From: Thermoanaerobaculum sp.
GTDB lineage: Bacteria > Acidobacteriota > Thermoanaerobaculia > Multivoradales > UBA5704
Length of the DNA: 64,000 nt
Reading direction: 5' to 3'
NCBI GenBank assembly: GCA_021154885.1
Contig: JAJKHS010000091.1
Span: 9,089-73,088 of the forward strand
A program made the position numbers and the translations under genes. The notes beneath the pieces are model-generated. The model searched no databases. It was not told the DNA's origin and saw nothing but the letters and a program-made list of their open reading frames with translations. Below are positions 1-9,113 of this stretch, piece by piece; positions within the stretch are counted from its first letter, which is position 1, and each line of letters opens with the position of its first letter.

Positions 1-1
1 C

Positions 2-349
2 GCCCACTCGCCCAACGGCATCACGGCCATGTTCATCGCCACCGGCCAGGACGTGGCCAACGTCTCCGAGTCGTCGGCGGGCATCGTCTACACCGAGCTG
101 ACGCCGGAGAAGGACCTGTACATCTCCTTCACCATCCCGTCGCTGATCGTCGCCACCCATGGCGGCGGCACGAACCTCGCCACCCAGCGCGAGTGCCTGG
201 AGATCCTCGGCTGCGCCGGCAAGGGCAAGGTGAAGAAGCTCGCCGAGATCATCGCCGGCGTGGTGCTGGCGGGCGAGCTGTCGCTGGCTTCCGCCATCTC
301 TTCCCTCGACTGGGTGTCGAGCCATGAGCAGTACGGGAGGAACCGGTAG
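2..349 (+). CDS. Hydroxymethylglutaryl-CoA reductase, C-terminal part (5' truncated by window)
   Basis: Frame open from base 2: AHSPNGITAMFIATGQDVANVSESS, ATHGGGT and VLAGELSL...H are class I HMG-CoA reductase C-terminal motifs. Confidence 0.85.
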   Translation, partial: AHSPNGITAMFIATGQDVANVSESSAGIVYTELTPEKDLYISFTIPSLIVATHGGGTNLATQRECLEILGCAGKGKVKKLAEIIAGVVLAGELSLASAISSLDWVSSHEQYGRNR

Positions 350-373
350 GAGAAGAGGTAGACTCTGGAGGCG

Positions 374-2113
374 ATGCGGGCCGAACCCCAGGCGACCGAG
401 GTCGCCGCTCCCTCGACCGCGGCTCTGGCGCCCGTGCCCGCGCCGCCCCCCTCGTCGGCCGCGATTCCCGGTTTCGAGATGCTTTCGGACGCCCCCCCGC
501 AGGGGCTGGTCCGCCGCTTCATCACCACCCAGCGCCACCTGATCGCCCTGTTCCTCGGCGGCCTGGTGGCGCACGCGCGGCAGGGGCAGGCGCTCGGCCA
601 GGGGCGGCGCTTCCGCCTGCTGTTCAGCCTCGAGCGCCTCCTCGCCTGGCTGGTGCGGCCGTTCCTCGACAAGTCGATCGTCGGCCGGCCGTTCCCCGTG
701 CAGCTCCGGCGCCGGCTGGAGATCCTCGGACCCACCTACATCAAGCTGGGCCAGGTGCTCGCCCTGCGCCAGGACATCCTTCCGGAATCGATCACCGACG
801 AGCTCAAGAACCTGCTGGACCGGCTGCCGGTGGTCCCCTTCGAGCGCTACCTGGGGCTGATCGAAAAGGACGTCAAGCGGCCCATCGCGGAGATGTATTC
901 GTGGGTGGACCCCATCCCCACCGGCTCGGCGTCCATCGCCCAGATCCACCGCGCCACCACCTGCGAGGGGGACTCGGTGATCATCAAGGTGGTCAAGCCG
1001 GGGATCCGCGAAACGCTGAACCGCGACGCCGTCCTGCTGCGGCTGCTCGGGGCGATCCTCCAGACCCTGATCCCCCGCTACCGTCCCAAGCAGATGATCC
1101 GCGAGTTCGTGGAGTACACCCGCCGCGAGGTGGACCTGCGGCGAGAGGCGGACAACGCCGAGACCTTCACCGCCAATTTCCACGACCTGCCGGGCGTGGT
1201 CTTCCCCCGCATCTACCGCCAGTACAGCAGCAGCGGGGTGCTGTGCATGGAGTTCCTCAAGGGGTTCAAGCCCGGCTCGCCGGAGACCCTCGCCCTCTCG
1301 GACGAGGACCGCGACCGGCTGGTGGACCTCGGCGCCGCCAGCATCATCCGCATGCTCTTCCAGGATGGCTTCTTCCACGCCGACCTCCACCCGGGCAACC
1401 TGCTCATCCTGCCCGGGCCGCGGCTGGGGTTCATCGACCTCGGCATGGTGGGACGCTTCGACAGCGACCTGCGGCGCACCTTCCTCTACTACTACTACAC
1501 GCTGGTGATGGGGGACGCCGAGGGGGCGGCCCGCTACCTCGGCGCCATCGCCCAGCCGGGGCCGGGGGCCGACCCCGCCGGGTTCCGCCGCGAGGTCACC
1601 GAGGTCCTCCTGCGCTGGAACCGCAGCTCGAGCTTCCGCGAGTTCTCGCTCGCCCAGCTCATCATGCGCAGCGTCAACCTCGGGGCCCAGCACAACCTTT
1701 TCTTCCCGGTGGAGATGGTGCTGATGGTCAAGGCCCTGGTCACCTTCGAGGGGGTGGGGCAGATCCTCAAGCCGGGGCTCGACGTGGCCGCGGTGTCACA
1801 GGCCCACGCCAACGCCATCTTCCGCAACCAGTTCACCCCTCAGCATCTGTTCAAAGAGGTGCTGCGCGCCGGTCCCGAGGTGCTGGAGGCGCTGGCCAAG
1901 GCCCCGAGCCTCATCACCGAGGGGCTGCGCCTGCTGGAGCAGGCCACCCGGCGCTCGACGGAGAACCCGCTCGCCGGCATCCGCGGCACGCTCTTCGGCG
2001 GCTTCTGCATGGTGGCCGGCGCCGTGCTGGCCGGGGCGCGGGGGCCGTGGCCGGTGTGGGCCGTGCTCTTCGCGGTGGGCATCGGGGCGGCGCTGCACCG
2101 GGATCGGCGGTAG
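374..2113 (+). CDS. ABC1/AarF/UbiB-family atypical kinase
   Basis: LGPTYIKLGQ, SASIAQIHRA, IKVVKP, FHADLHPGN, IDLGMVG motifs; C-terminal TM segments; GGAGG RBS. Confidence 0.92.
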   Translation: MRAEPQATEVAAPSTAALAPVPAPPPSSAAIPGFEMLSDAPPQGLVRRFITTQRHLIALFLGGLVAHARQGQALGQGRRFRLLFSLERLLAWLVRPFLDKSIVGRPFPVQLRRRLEILGPTYIKLGQVLALRQDILPESITDELKNLLDRLPVVPFERYLGLIEKDVKRPIAEMYSWVDPIPTGSASIAQIHRATTCEGDSVIIKVVKPGIRETLNRDAVLLRLLGAILQTLIPRYRPKQMIREFVEYTRREVDLRREADNAETFTANFHDLPGVVFPRIYRQYSSSGVLCMEFLKGFKPGSPETLALSDEDRDRLVDLGAASIIRMLFQDGFFHADLHPGNLLILPGPRLGFIDLGMVGRFDSDLRRTFLYYYYTLVMGDAEGAARYLGAIAQPGPGADPAGFRREVTEVLLRWNRSSSFREFSLAQLIMRSVNLGAQHNLFFPVEMVLMVKALVTFEGVGQILKPGLDVAAVSQAHANAIFRNQFTPQHLFKEVLRAGPEVLEALAKAPSLITEGLRLLEQATRRSTENPLAGIRGTLFGGFCMVAGAVLAGARGPWPVWAVLFAVGIGAALHRDRR

Positions 2114-2138
2114 GGGAACGACCGGCGAGCCCGGCGCC

Positions 2139-3005
2139 CTAGGCCCGTGCCGCCTCCGCGAGCTCCCCTTTCACGCAGGAGGAGCGCGCCCGGTCCGAGC
2201 GGAAGGCGCCCGGCGTCAGGCCCACGAAACGCTTGAACTCGCGGGTGAAGTGGCTCTGGTCGGCGAAACCGGTATCCGCCGCCACCGCCCGCAGGGGCCG
2301 GCCTTGGTGGAGGAGAATCTTCGCCCGCGCGATGCGCACCTGCGTCTGGAAGGCGTGGGGGGACATGCCCACCTCGCGGGTGAACACCCGGTGGAGGTGG
2401 AAGGGGCTCAGGTTCGCCACCCGCGAGAGGTCCTCCAGCGCCACGTTCTCGGCGTAGCGCTGGATCAGGTACTCCCGGACCCGGCGGATGCCCAGGCGCT
2501 CCTCGCGGCCGTAGCCCTCGTGACAGCGCGTCTCGGAGGTCCGCCGGAACATCTCCTCCAGCAACCGCAGCAGCAGCGCGTCCCCCGTCAGCCGCGACGG
2601 CAGTTCCTCCAGCCGCGCATGGGTCGCCACGAACAGCCGGAACAGCTCCCGGTCCCGCACCACCGGCTCGCGCAGCGAGAAAGCCCGCTCGCCGCGGCCG
2701 CACACGCGGGCGACCAGCTCCGGCGCCACGTTCAGCGTCCGGTAGGTGCAGCCGGCGGGCGTGGCATGGCGGTTCGTATGCACCTCCCCCGGCGGTACGA
2801 AGAGGAGCGAGCCCTCCGGCGTCGGGTGCTCGCGGCCGCGGAAGGCCAGATACCCGGGCCCCTCCTCCAGGGCCGAGACCTGGATCTCCTCGTGCCAGTG
2901 CCAGGGATAGACGTGGGTCACCCCGATCCCCCGCGACATCTCGACCCTGCCGCCCAACTGGGAGGTGTACCAGAATTTGATGAAGTTTTCTGCTTGCGGC
3001 GCCAT
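2139..3005 (-). CDS. AraC-family transcriptional regulator
   Basis: N-terminal cupin (HWHEE...PGEVH) and C-terminal HTH (GFADQSHFTREFKR); start placed at MAPQ. Confidence 0.92.
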   Translation of the reverse strand: MAPQAENFIKFWYTSQLGGRVEMSRGIGVTHVYPWHWHEEIQVSALEEGPGYLAFRGREHPTPEGSLLFVPPGEVHTNRHATPAGCTYRTLNVAPELVARVCGRGERAFSLREPVVRDRELFRLFVATHARLEELPSRLTGDALLLRLLEEMFRRTSETRCHEGYGREERLGIRRVREYLIQRYAENVALEDLSRVANLSPFHLHRVFTREVGMSPHAFQTQVRIARAKILLHQGRPLRAVAADTGFADQSHFTREFKRFVGLTPGAFRSDRARSSCVKGELAEAARA

Positions 3006-3222
3006 GGATGTCAGACCCTCTGCAGATTCTCTGCACATCTCGTTTATGCCATAACAGCGTAGCCCTACACCCACGGCCTGTCTTGCACAGTCTTGCTATC
3101 TTGCGGGGAACCCCCCAATCAAGTGTACTGTTGCCGTGATACACTAGGCAAAGCAGGAACCCAAGAGGACCCGCGAGGGTCTGAAGTAGCAGGACGAACC
3201 GAGAGAGCTCGAGGAGGAGACG

Positions 3223-6200
3223 ATGAGCCCTATGAAGAGGTGCATGCTGTTCGTGAGTCTGCTGGTGGTCTTTTGTACAGGGGGCGCGGTCGCCGGGTGG
3301 GCGCAGCCGGCGGCGATGGTGGCGGACATCAACACCACCCAGGAAGATGTCGTCAACTGGTTCTTCACCTATCCGGGGTTCGTCCAGGTGGGGACGAACG
3401 TCCTCTTCATTCACGACGACGGCATCCACGGCCTGGAGCTGTGGCGCACGGACGGCACCGCCGCCGGCACCGCCCTGGTGAAGGACATCTGTCCGGGCGC
3501 CTGCTGGGCGATGATCCATACCTTCGCGGTCTGGAACGGCGTCCTCTACTTCGGCGCCGACGACGGCGTCCACGGCCAGGAGCTGTGGAAGAGCGACGGC
3601 ACGGCCGCGGGCACGACCCTGGTGGCGGATGTCAACCCCGGTCTCCCGAGCGGTTTCAGAAATGTCCTCGTGGCCGGCGGCAAGCTCTACCTGACCGCCG
3701 ACGACGGCGTCCACGGTGTCGAGCTGTGGACGACGGACGGCACGGCCGCCGGCACCGTCCTCGTCAAGGACATCAACCCCGGGCCGGCGGGCTCGCTGCC
3801 GCGCCTCTGGCTGGACACGGGCGGCAGGCTGCTGCTCAACGCCGACGACGGCGTCCACGGCCAGGAGCCCTGGATGTCCGACGGCACGGCGGCGGGCACG
3901 ACGCTGCTCGCGGACGTCAACCCGGGGGCCGGCTCCTCGAGCCCGCCCTTCTCCTCGGCCTGGGAGGATGCCGCCGTCCTGCCGGGTGGCCGCTTCGTGT
4001 TCCAGGCCGACGACGGCAGCCACGGCGCAGAGCTGTGGATCTCCGACGGCACTCCGGCGGGCACCGCTCTGGTCCAGGACGTCAATCCGGGTCCGGACGC
4101 CTCCGCCCCCTTTAACCTGCTGCCCTTCGCCGGCCGCGTCCTGTTCCGCGCCTGCGATGCCACGCACGGTTTCGAGCTGTGGGCCACGGACGGCACCGCG
4201 GCCGGCACCGTCCTCGTCAAGGACATTGCGCCGGGGCCGTTCGGCTCCGCCCCCTTGCAGCTCACGCCCTTCGGCGGCCAGGTCTACTTCGAGGCCGACG
4301 ACAGCACCTCCGGCCGGGAGCTCTGGCGCACCGACGGTACGGCCGCCGGCACCGTCCTCGTCAAGGACATCAACCCCGGACCCGCGGGAGGGTTCACGTT
4401 CGTTTTCCGCTACCCGATCACGGCCCTGGACAGCGCCCTGTATTTCTTCGCCGACGACGGCGTGCACGGCGCCGAGTTGTGGAAAAGCGACGGCACCGCG
4501 GCCGGCACGACGCTGGTAAAGGACATCTACCCCGGGAACGTCGGCGGCTTCGCTCTGGGCTTTGCCGGCATGGCCACCCTGGACGGACGGCTGTTCTTCG
4601 AAGCCATCGCCGCCGACGGTATCGAGCCCTGGGTGAGCGACGGCACGGACGCGGGCACGGTCGAGGTCAAGAACGTCTCCGCCGTGGCTTCGGGCCTGCC
4701 GGTCTTCAACGGCTTCCTGAACGGATCGATCCAGGACCTCGGCAACGGGCGGCTGGTGTTCCCGGGGCCCTTCGGCCTCACCGCGCCCGTACCCTGGGGA
4801 ACCGACGGCACGGCCGCAGGGACCCAGCCGCTCTCGCCGGGGGACGACTTCGGCTGGTATCTTCCCTTCCGCTTCGGCGCCCAGACGCTCCTGGGGGGCA
4901 ACGGGCTGTGGACCACGGACGGCACGCCCGGCGGCACGGCGCGCGTCGTGCCGCAGACGACGCTCGGCAGCGCCTCGGGCTTCGTCGCGGCTCTGGGCGC
5001 CGTCTACTTCTCCGGCGGCAACTCCTTGTGGATGACCGATGGCACGGCCGCCGGCACCGCCATGATCCAGAATCTGGGTCCCAACGCCAACGCCACGGTG
5101 CTCGGCGCGCTCGGCTCGTCCGTCTTCTTCAGCGCCTCTTCCAGCACCTTCGGCCAGGAGCTGTACCGGTCCACGGGCGTCAACTCGGTCTTCTTCCTGG
5201 GCGACCTCAATCCCGGCACCGGAAGCTCCTACCCGGCTTCCTTCACCCCTCTCGGCTCCGTCGCCGTGTTCACCGCCGACGGCGGCACCGCGACCGGGCA
5301 GGAGCTCTTCGTGACCGACGGCACTCAGGGCGGCACCGGCCTGCTCAAGGACGTTCAGCCGGGAGCCGGCTCGTCCCATCCCACCTCGCTGCTGCGGCTC
5401 GGCGGCTCCGTCCTCTTCGTGGCCGACGACGGCGCCACGGGCCTCGAGCTGTGGCGCACGGACGGCACCACGGCCGGCACCGTCCAGGTGAAGGACGTCA
5501 ATCCCGGCCCCGGCGCCGGCATCCAATTCATTCCGAGCTCCGGCCTGGCGCTGACGCCGATGGGCAACGCCGTCTACTTCGTGGCCGACGACGGCACTTC
5601 CGGCCGCGAGTTGTGGAAGAGCGATGGCACGGCGGCCGGCACCGTGCGGGTCAAGGACATCCGACCGGGATCAGCCTCCTCGGACGTCGACCTCCTCACC
5701 GTGGCGGGCAACCGCCTCTTCTTCGTCGCCGACGACGGCGTCCACGGCCGCGAGCTGTGGGTGAGCGACGGCACCGGCGCGGGGACCCGGATGACGCGGG
5801 ACGCCGCGCCGGGCCCGGGCTCGCCCGCCATCCAGGGTCTCACCGCTCTCGGCTTCCACGTCCTCTTCTCCGCCGACGACGGCGTGCACGGCCGCGAGCT
5901 GTGGCGCAGCAACGGCGGCCCGGCCGGCACCTTCCAGGTACAGGACATCGCCCCCGGCGCCGCGCCTTCGACCCCCACCGGCTTCGCGGCCTCCGGCGAT
6001 GGCGTCTACTTCGCGGCCAATGACAACCTGGCGGGCTTCGAGCTGTGGCGGGCGCCGCGGGCGGCCCTGATGACCACCTTCTCCGACGTGCCGCTCACGC
6101 ACTGGGCCTGGCAGTTCATCGAAGCGGTGGCCGGCGCCGGCCTCACCCAGGGGTGCGGTGCCGGGCAATACTGCCCGTCCCAGACGGTGAGCCGGGCGGA

Positions 6201-6630
6201 GACGGCCGTCTTCCTGACCCGGGGTCTCCACGGTTCCGGCTTCACCCCGCCGCCGGCCACCGGCACCCGCTTCCAGGACGTCCCGGCGAGCTACTGGGCG
6301 GCGGATTTCATTGAACAGCTCGCGGCCGACGGCATCACCAACGGCTGCGGCGCTTCGCGGTTCTGCCCCGACTCCCTGCTCGATCGGGCCGAGGCGGCCA
6401 TCTTCCTCCTGCGCTCGCGGCACGGCGCGAGCTACGCACCACCGCCAGCCACCGGCACCCGGTTCCAGGACGTCCCTCCCGGCTACTGGGCCGGCGACTG
6501 GATCGAGCAGCTCGCCGCCGAGGGGATCTCCAACGGCTGCGCCGCCAACCGCTTCTGCCCGGAGGACCCCGTCAGCCGCGACCAGATGGCCGTCTTCCTG
6601 GCGCGGACTTTCAATCTGCCGTTGCCATGA
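3223..6630 (+). CDS. Secreted ELWxxDGT-repeat protein with three C-terminal S-layer homology (SLH) domains
   Basis: Signal peptide; about 18 ELWxxDGT-like repeats; three FxDVP..W..IE.L...GI..GC..FCP...R SLH repeats; GAGGAG RBS. Confidence 0.9.
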   Translation: MSPMKRCMLFVSLLVVFCTGGAVAGWAQPAAMVADINTTQEDVVNWFFTYPGFVQVGTNVLFIHDDGIHGLELWRTDGTAAGTALVKDICPGACWAMIHTFAVWNGVLYFGADDGVHGQELWKSDGTAAGTTLVADVNPGLPSGFRNVLVAGGKLYLTADDGVHGVELWTTDGTAAGTVLVKDINPGPAGSLPRLWLDTGGRLLLNADDGVHGQEPWMSDGTAAGTTLLADVNPGAGSSSPPFSSAWEDAAVLPGGRFVFQADDGSHGAELWISDGTPAGTALVQDVNPGPDASAPFNLLPFAGRVLFRACDATHGFELWATDGTAAGTVLVKDIAPGPFGSAPLQLTPFGGQVYFEADDSTSGRELWRTDGTAAGTVLVKDINPGPAGGFTFVFRYPITALDSALYFFADDGVHGAELWKSDGTAAGTTLVKDIYPGNVGGFALGFAGMATLDGRLFFEAIAADGIEPWVSDGTDAGTVEVKNVSAVASGLPVFNGFLNGSIQDLGNGRLVFPGPFGLTAPVPWGTDGTAAGTQPLSPGDDFGWYLPFRFGAQTLLGGNGLWTTDGTPGGTARVVPQTTLGSASGFVAALGAVYFSGGNSLWMTDGTAAGTAMIQNLGPNANATVLGALGSSVFFSASSSTFGQELYRSTGVNSVFFLGDLNPGTGSSYPASFTPLGSVAVFTADGGTATGQELFVTDGTQGGTGLLKDVQPGAGSSHPTSLLRLGGSVLFVADDGATGLELWRTDGTTAGTVQVKDVNPGPGAGIQFIPSSGLALTPMGNAVYFVADDGTSGRELWKSDGTAAGTVRVKDIRPGSASSDVDLLTVAGNRLFFVADDGVHGRELWVSDGTGAGTRMTRDAAPGPGSPAIQGLTALGFHVLFSADDGVHGRELWRSNGGPAGTFQVQDIAPGAAPSTPTGFAASGDGVYFAANDNLAGFELWRAPRAALMTTFSDVPLTHWAWQFIEAVAGAGLTQGCGAGQYCPSQTVSRAETAVFLTRGLHGSGFTPPPATGTRFQDVPASYWAADFIEQLAADGITNGCGASRFCPDSLLDRAEAAIFLLRSRHGASYAPPPATGTRFQDVPPGYWAGDWIEQLAAEGISNGCAANRFCPEDPVSRDQMAVFLARTFNLPLP

Positions 6631-6643
6631 GTGTCAGTGAACG

Positions 6644-7957
6644 TCAGTGAACCGTGAAAGGCTCCCCGAGCGGCGCGACCGCGGAGGGAGCCACCACCGG
6701 GCCGTCCTCCTCCTTCTCCTTCTGAGCCAGCAACCGTTCCAGCCGGTTGAGGGCATCGTCCAGCCGGCGGACCGTGGGGTTGGCCGAGGTGGCCACCTTC
6801 ACCCGGTCGCGGTCGAGCTTCACCTGCTCCCAGAGGTTCCGCTTCTCCGTGAGCACGTCCCGCCGCAGGGTGACGCCGTGGCGGGCGAGGACCGGTGCGA
6901 GCTGGTCGTAGCGCTCCAACAGGTCGCGGCGGGTGGCCTCGTAAGCGTACTCGCAGACCGCCTGGCGCTCGGCGAAGCCGAAGATGTTGGTGAAGAACAT
7001 CAGGTAATCGTCGCGCCTGGGCTCGATCAGCACCACGTCCGAGTCCTTGAACCGGGTGTCGTAGGCCGCCATGCCCACCTCCAGCCGCGAGTGGACCATG
7101 GTGCGGAAGGTCTGTGACAGCACGGTCGGCAGCCCCAGGTCGAAGAGTTTCGACTTCTTCATCATCCTCGCCTCGACGGCGTGGACGGTGTCCACGGGGA
7201 CGATCGGGTTGACGCAGATCAACAGATCGGCTCCCGCTTCCAGTGCCACCGAGGCGTGGAGGGTCTTGAGCAGCACGCCGTCGACGTAATGGCGGCCGTC
7301 GATCTCCACCGGCGAGTACAGCCCGGGGAGAGCGCCGCTCGCCTGCACGGCCTTCGAGATGGGGACATGGTCCAGCCCCGGCTCGCCGAAGCGGGCCGCC
7401 TGCCCCGAATCGAGGTCCGTCGCCACCACCACCAGGCGCTTGCCAAGCTTGCGGAAGTCGTCGGTGCGGCCCTTGAGGTTGTAGATCTTCTGCAGATAGG
7501 CGCGGATCGGCTCGTTGTCGAAGATCCCTACGGGCAGGGCCCGCGACAGCCGCAGGAGCGATTCGAGCAGGCTGCGGTCACCGAGGCGGGAGAGCCAGTC
7601 CCACAGCGCCTCGGCCACCAGCCGGGGCACCTTGCCGGTATTGCGCAGGTAGGACTTCCAGTGCGGAGTGAAAAAGGTTTCGGGGATGAACGGGTGCTCG
7701 CCGGGCTCGGGGGAGACGATGGCGCGGCACATCTGCGCCGTCGTCAGGTCGTTGGCGAGGTTGGCGCAGAGGAAGGCTCCCGCGCTCACCCCCACGTAGA
7801 TGAACAGGTTGTTGAAGTCGACGCCGTCCAAGGCTTCGTCGAGGGCCCGGAGGGCGCCGATCTCGTAGATGGCGCCCTCCGGCGCTCCCGTGGCGAGCGC
7901 CAGTCCGATCCTGGGGGAGCGGACCTGGGTGTGGGTACCTGTGCCGCTGCGCTCCAC
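6644..7957 (-). CDS. Patatin-like phospholipase/esterase (PHA or lipid-granule associated)
   Basis: GVSAG nucleophile motif, ASGALPG, YVDG; co-oriented downstream of phasin. Confidence 0.85.
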   Translation of the reverse strand: MERSGTGTHTQVRSPRIGLALATGAPEGAIYEIGALRALDEALDGVDFNNLFIYVGVSAGAFLCANLANDLTTAQMCRAIVSPEPGEHPFIPETFFTPHWKSYLRNTGKVPRLVAEALWDWLSRLGDRSLLESLLRLSRALPVGIFDNEPIRAYLQKIYNLKGRTDDFRKLGKRLVVVATDLDSGQAARFGEPGLDHVPISKAVQASGALPGLYSPVEIDGRHYVDGVLLKTLHASVALEAGADLLICVNPIVPVDTVHAVEARMMKKSKLFDLGLPTVLSQTFRTMVHSRLEVGMAAYDTRFKDSDVVLIEPRRDDYLMFFTNIFGFAERQAVCEYAYEATRRDLLERYDQLAPVLARHGVTLRRDVLTEKRNLWEQVKLDRDRVKVATSANPTVRRLDDALNRLERLLAQKEKEEDGPVVAPSAVAPLGEPFTVH

Positions 7958-7970
7958 CCGAATCCTCCCG

Positions 7971-8423
7971 TTAGACGACGATCTTGGACGGGTCCGTGGC
8001 CTCCGGTGAGCCGGGGGTCACGATCGGCGACGCCGGAGTCACCCGCGGCTTCAGCGTCTCGATCTTGGCGTTCAGCTCCTCGACCCGCAGCGTCAGGTTG
8101 CGGATCTCGTCGCGGGTGGGCACGCCCAGGCGATTGAGGGCGGAGCTCAGCTTCTCGTCGAGCTTGTCACCCCAGTTCTCGAAGGCGGACTCGGCCTTGG
8201 CCTTGGCCTTGTCGACCTCGACCCGGACCTTCTCGTTCACCTTGTCCACCTCGACCTTGCCCTTGGCCTCCACGTCGCGGCCACGATCCACCAGCCGGCT
8301 GAAGAGCTTCGAGCCCTCCTCCTCGGCCGCGGCCAGGGCGCCGAGCCCGGCCAGCCAGATGCGGTGCACAGAATCCTTGAGCTCGTCCTGCACGTTCTTC
8401 TCGGTACCGGTCGTTGTTTCCAT
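7971..8423 (-). CDS. Phasin (PhaF/PhaI-like granule-associated protein)
   Basis: IWLAGLGA...EGSKLF..LV.RG and LGVPTRDEI..L..RVEEL motifs of the phasin family. Confidence 0.88.
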   Translation of the reverse strand: METTTGTEKNVQDELKDSVHRIWLAGLGALAAAEEEGSKLFSRLVDRGRDVEAKGKVEVDKVNEKVRVEVDKAKAKAESAFENWGDKLDEKLSSALNRLGVPTRDEIRNLTLRVEELNAKIETLKPRVTPASPIVTPGSPEATDPSKIVV

Positions 8424-8494
8424 GGCTTACCCCTTTTTGGTGCCGCGCGCTTTCGCGGTGGCGGCCTTCACGGTTTTCACGGTTTGAGTCTCGC

Positions 8495-8980
8495 TCACTT
8501 GACGTCACCTTCCTTGACAATCACCACGTGCGGGCGCTCCGCGGACCGGCCGTTCTTCGGCTCCACGGTCGCCACCGCAAGGTCTTCCCTCTCGAGCTCC
8601 GCGAGCGACGACTCGAGCTGCTCGAGCCGCGCCCTGAGGCTCGACATCTCCTCACGCGCCTTGCGTACCGGCCCCAGGCGGTCGATGAGCCGGTCGACAC
8701 CGTGCTGCACCTGCTCCATGCCGTTGGAAACCGCGCGCTCGCCCAGGCGGACCAGGTCGTGCAGCAGCTCGCTCGGCAGGAAGGAGGTGCCCTTGCGCCC
8801 CTCCTCGAGGATGATCTGGGTCAAGGTCTGAGAGGTGACGTCGTTGTTGGTCGCGTTGTCCACCACCCGCACCTCCTGGCCCTGCCGGATCCAGGCGGAG
8901 ATCTCGTCCAGCGAGACGTACCGGCTCTCCTCGGTGTCATACAGTTTTCGGCTTTCGTAACGCTTGATGAGCCGGATCAT
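8495..8980 (-). CDS. phaR: PHA synthesis regulator-like DNA-binding protein
   Basis: IKRYESRKLYDTEESRYVSL...VVDN...DVTSQTLTQII is the PhaR N-terminal domain; coiled-coil C-terminus; AAGGAG RBS. Confidence 0.85.
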   Translation of the reverse strand: MIRLIKRYESRKLYDTEESRYVSLDEISAWIRQGQEVRVVDNATNNDVTSQTLTQIILEEGRKGTSFLPSELLHDLVRLGERAVSNGMEQVQHGVDRLIDRLGPVRKAREEMSSLRARLEQLESSLAELEREDLAVATVEPKNGRSAERPHVVIVKEGDVK

Positions 8981-9033
8981 TGGCTTCTCCTTCTTAGGGG
9001 TCGCGGCAATCCCGGGCTGCCGCGCCGAGAGAA

Positions 9034-9086
9034 ACTTTACCGCAGTGCGGCATAGCGTGTCAAGAGATTTGTGACGCGGTGCGGCA
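9034..9086 (-). promoter_or_regulatory. Sigma70-like promoter (TTGACA-N18-TAAAGT) with two candidate PhaR operator boxes
   Basis: Minus-strand -35 at 9058-9063 and -10 at 9034-9039; direct repeats CGC(A/G)GTGCGGCA at 9041-9052 and 9075-9086. Confidence 0.55.
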
Positions 9087-9113
9087 AGAGCATCCCTTCG
9101 TGGATCAGGACGC

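Noticed and set aside
1840..5526. 1228-aa minus-strand ORF
   Set aside because: Antisense shadow of the ELWxxDGT gene in high-GC DNA; no motifs
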